Source: Perkinsus chesapeaki ATCC PRA-425
Taxonomy: Eukaryota; Protista; Perkinsozoa
Assembly: GCA_013115145.1 (NCBI GenBank)
Contig: JAAPAO010000037.1
Location: 50,009 to 114,008 of the forward strand
Reading direction: 5' to 3'
Length of the DNA stretch: 64,000 nt
The position numbers and the translations under genes are program-made. Shown piece by piece: positions 63,931 to 64,000 of the stretch; position 1 is the stretch's first letter; each line of letters starts with the position of its first letter. A model generated the notes under the pieces. It was not told where the DNA came from. It was given only the letters and a program-made list of their open reading frames with translations, and did not search any database.

Positions 63931-63931
<1 letters not shown>
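61983..63931 (-). CDS. EPS15-like EH-domain endocytic adaptor, 5'-truncated
   Basis: EH domain KYTDVFRSLAKDGYVGGLAARNFMTKSHVNQKELSHIWDLSDKDRDGKLSYSEFLVAMHLI; coiled-coil exons; predicted end ...SKSNWTTFA*. Confidence 0.8.

Positions 63932-64000
<69 letters not shown>
63932..64000. repeat. Poly-G homopolymer (69 nt) at the window end, probable sequencing/assembly artefact
   Basis: Pure G run that interrupts an EH-domain exon and reaches the last base. Confidence 0.85.

Noticed and set aside
63932-64000. Poly-G run as a telomere or functional G-quadruplex
   Set aside because: A pure homopolymer cutting an exon at the sequence end; typical read-end or assembly artefact, not a telomeric repeat.

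Overview
Gene-dense, intron-rich eukaryotic nuclear DNA with many short (about 30-70 nt) GT-AG introns and very short intergenic gaps. The gene content (EF-hand plus PPKL-type phosphatase, myzozoan-style SDHB motif [14 protein letters not shown]) and architecture suggest an alveolate, most likely Perkinsus-like; this is inference. The prokaryote-style ORF track therefore shows exon fragments and antisense shadows, so genes were rebuilt by hand-splicing and many boundaries are approximate. Well-supported genes: EAF6, THADA/Trm732, an AspH-type dioxygenase, a TMEM65 plus tandem-GAF fusion, a voltage-sensor-only protein, an O-fucosyltransferase-family enzyme, a PDK1-like kinase, an LRR/coiled-coil protein, CLN3/battenin, an EF-hand PPP pseudophosphatase, SDHB, a kinesin-1-like motor, enoyl-CoA hydratase 2 and an EPS15-like EH protein. 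Most notable observations: (1) a predicted mitochondrial TMEM65 domain fused to two PDE-type GAF domains with no catalytic output domain; (2) a PPP8/EFPP-like pseudophosphatase with degenerate metal-binding motifs; (3) a 13-bp tandem duplication that frameshifts the THADA C-terminus; (4) a divergent bestrophin-like channel; (5) a non-RD (YVD) PDK1-like kinase. No rRNA, tRNA, CRISPR array or transposase was found. The window ends in a 69-nt poly-G run that is probably an artefact.
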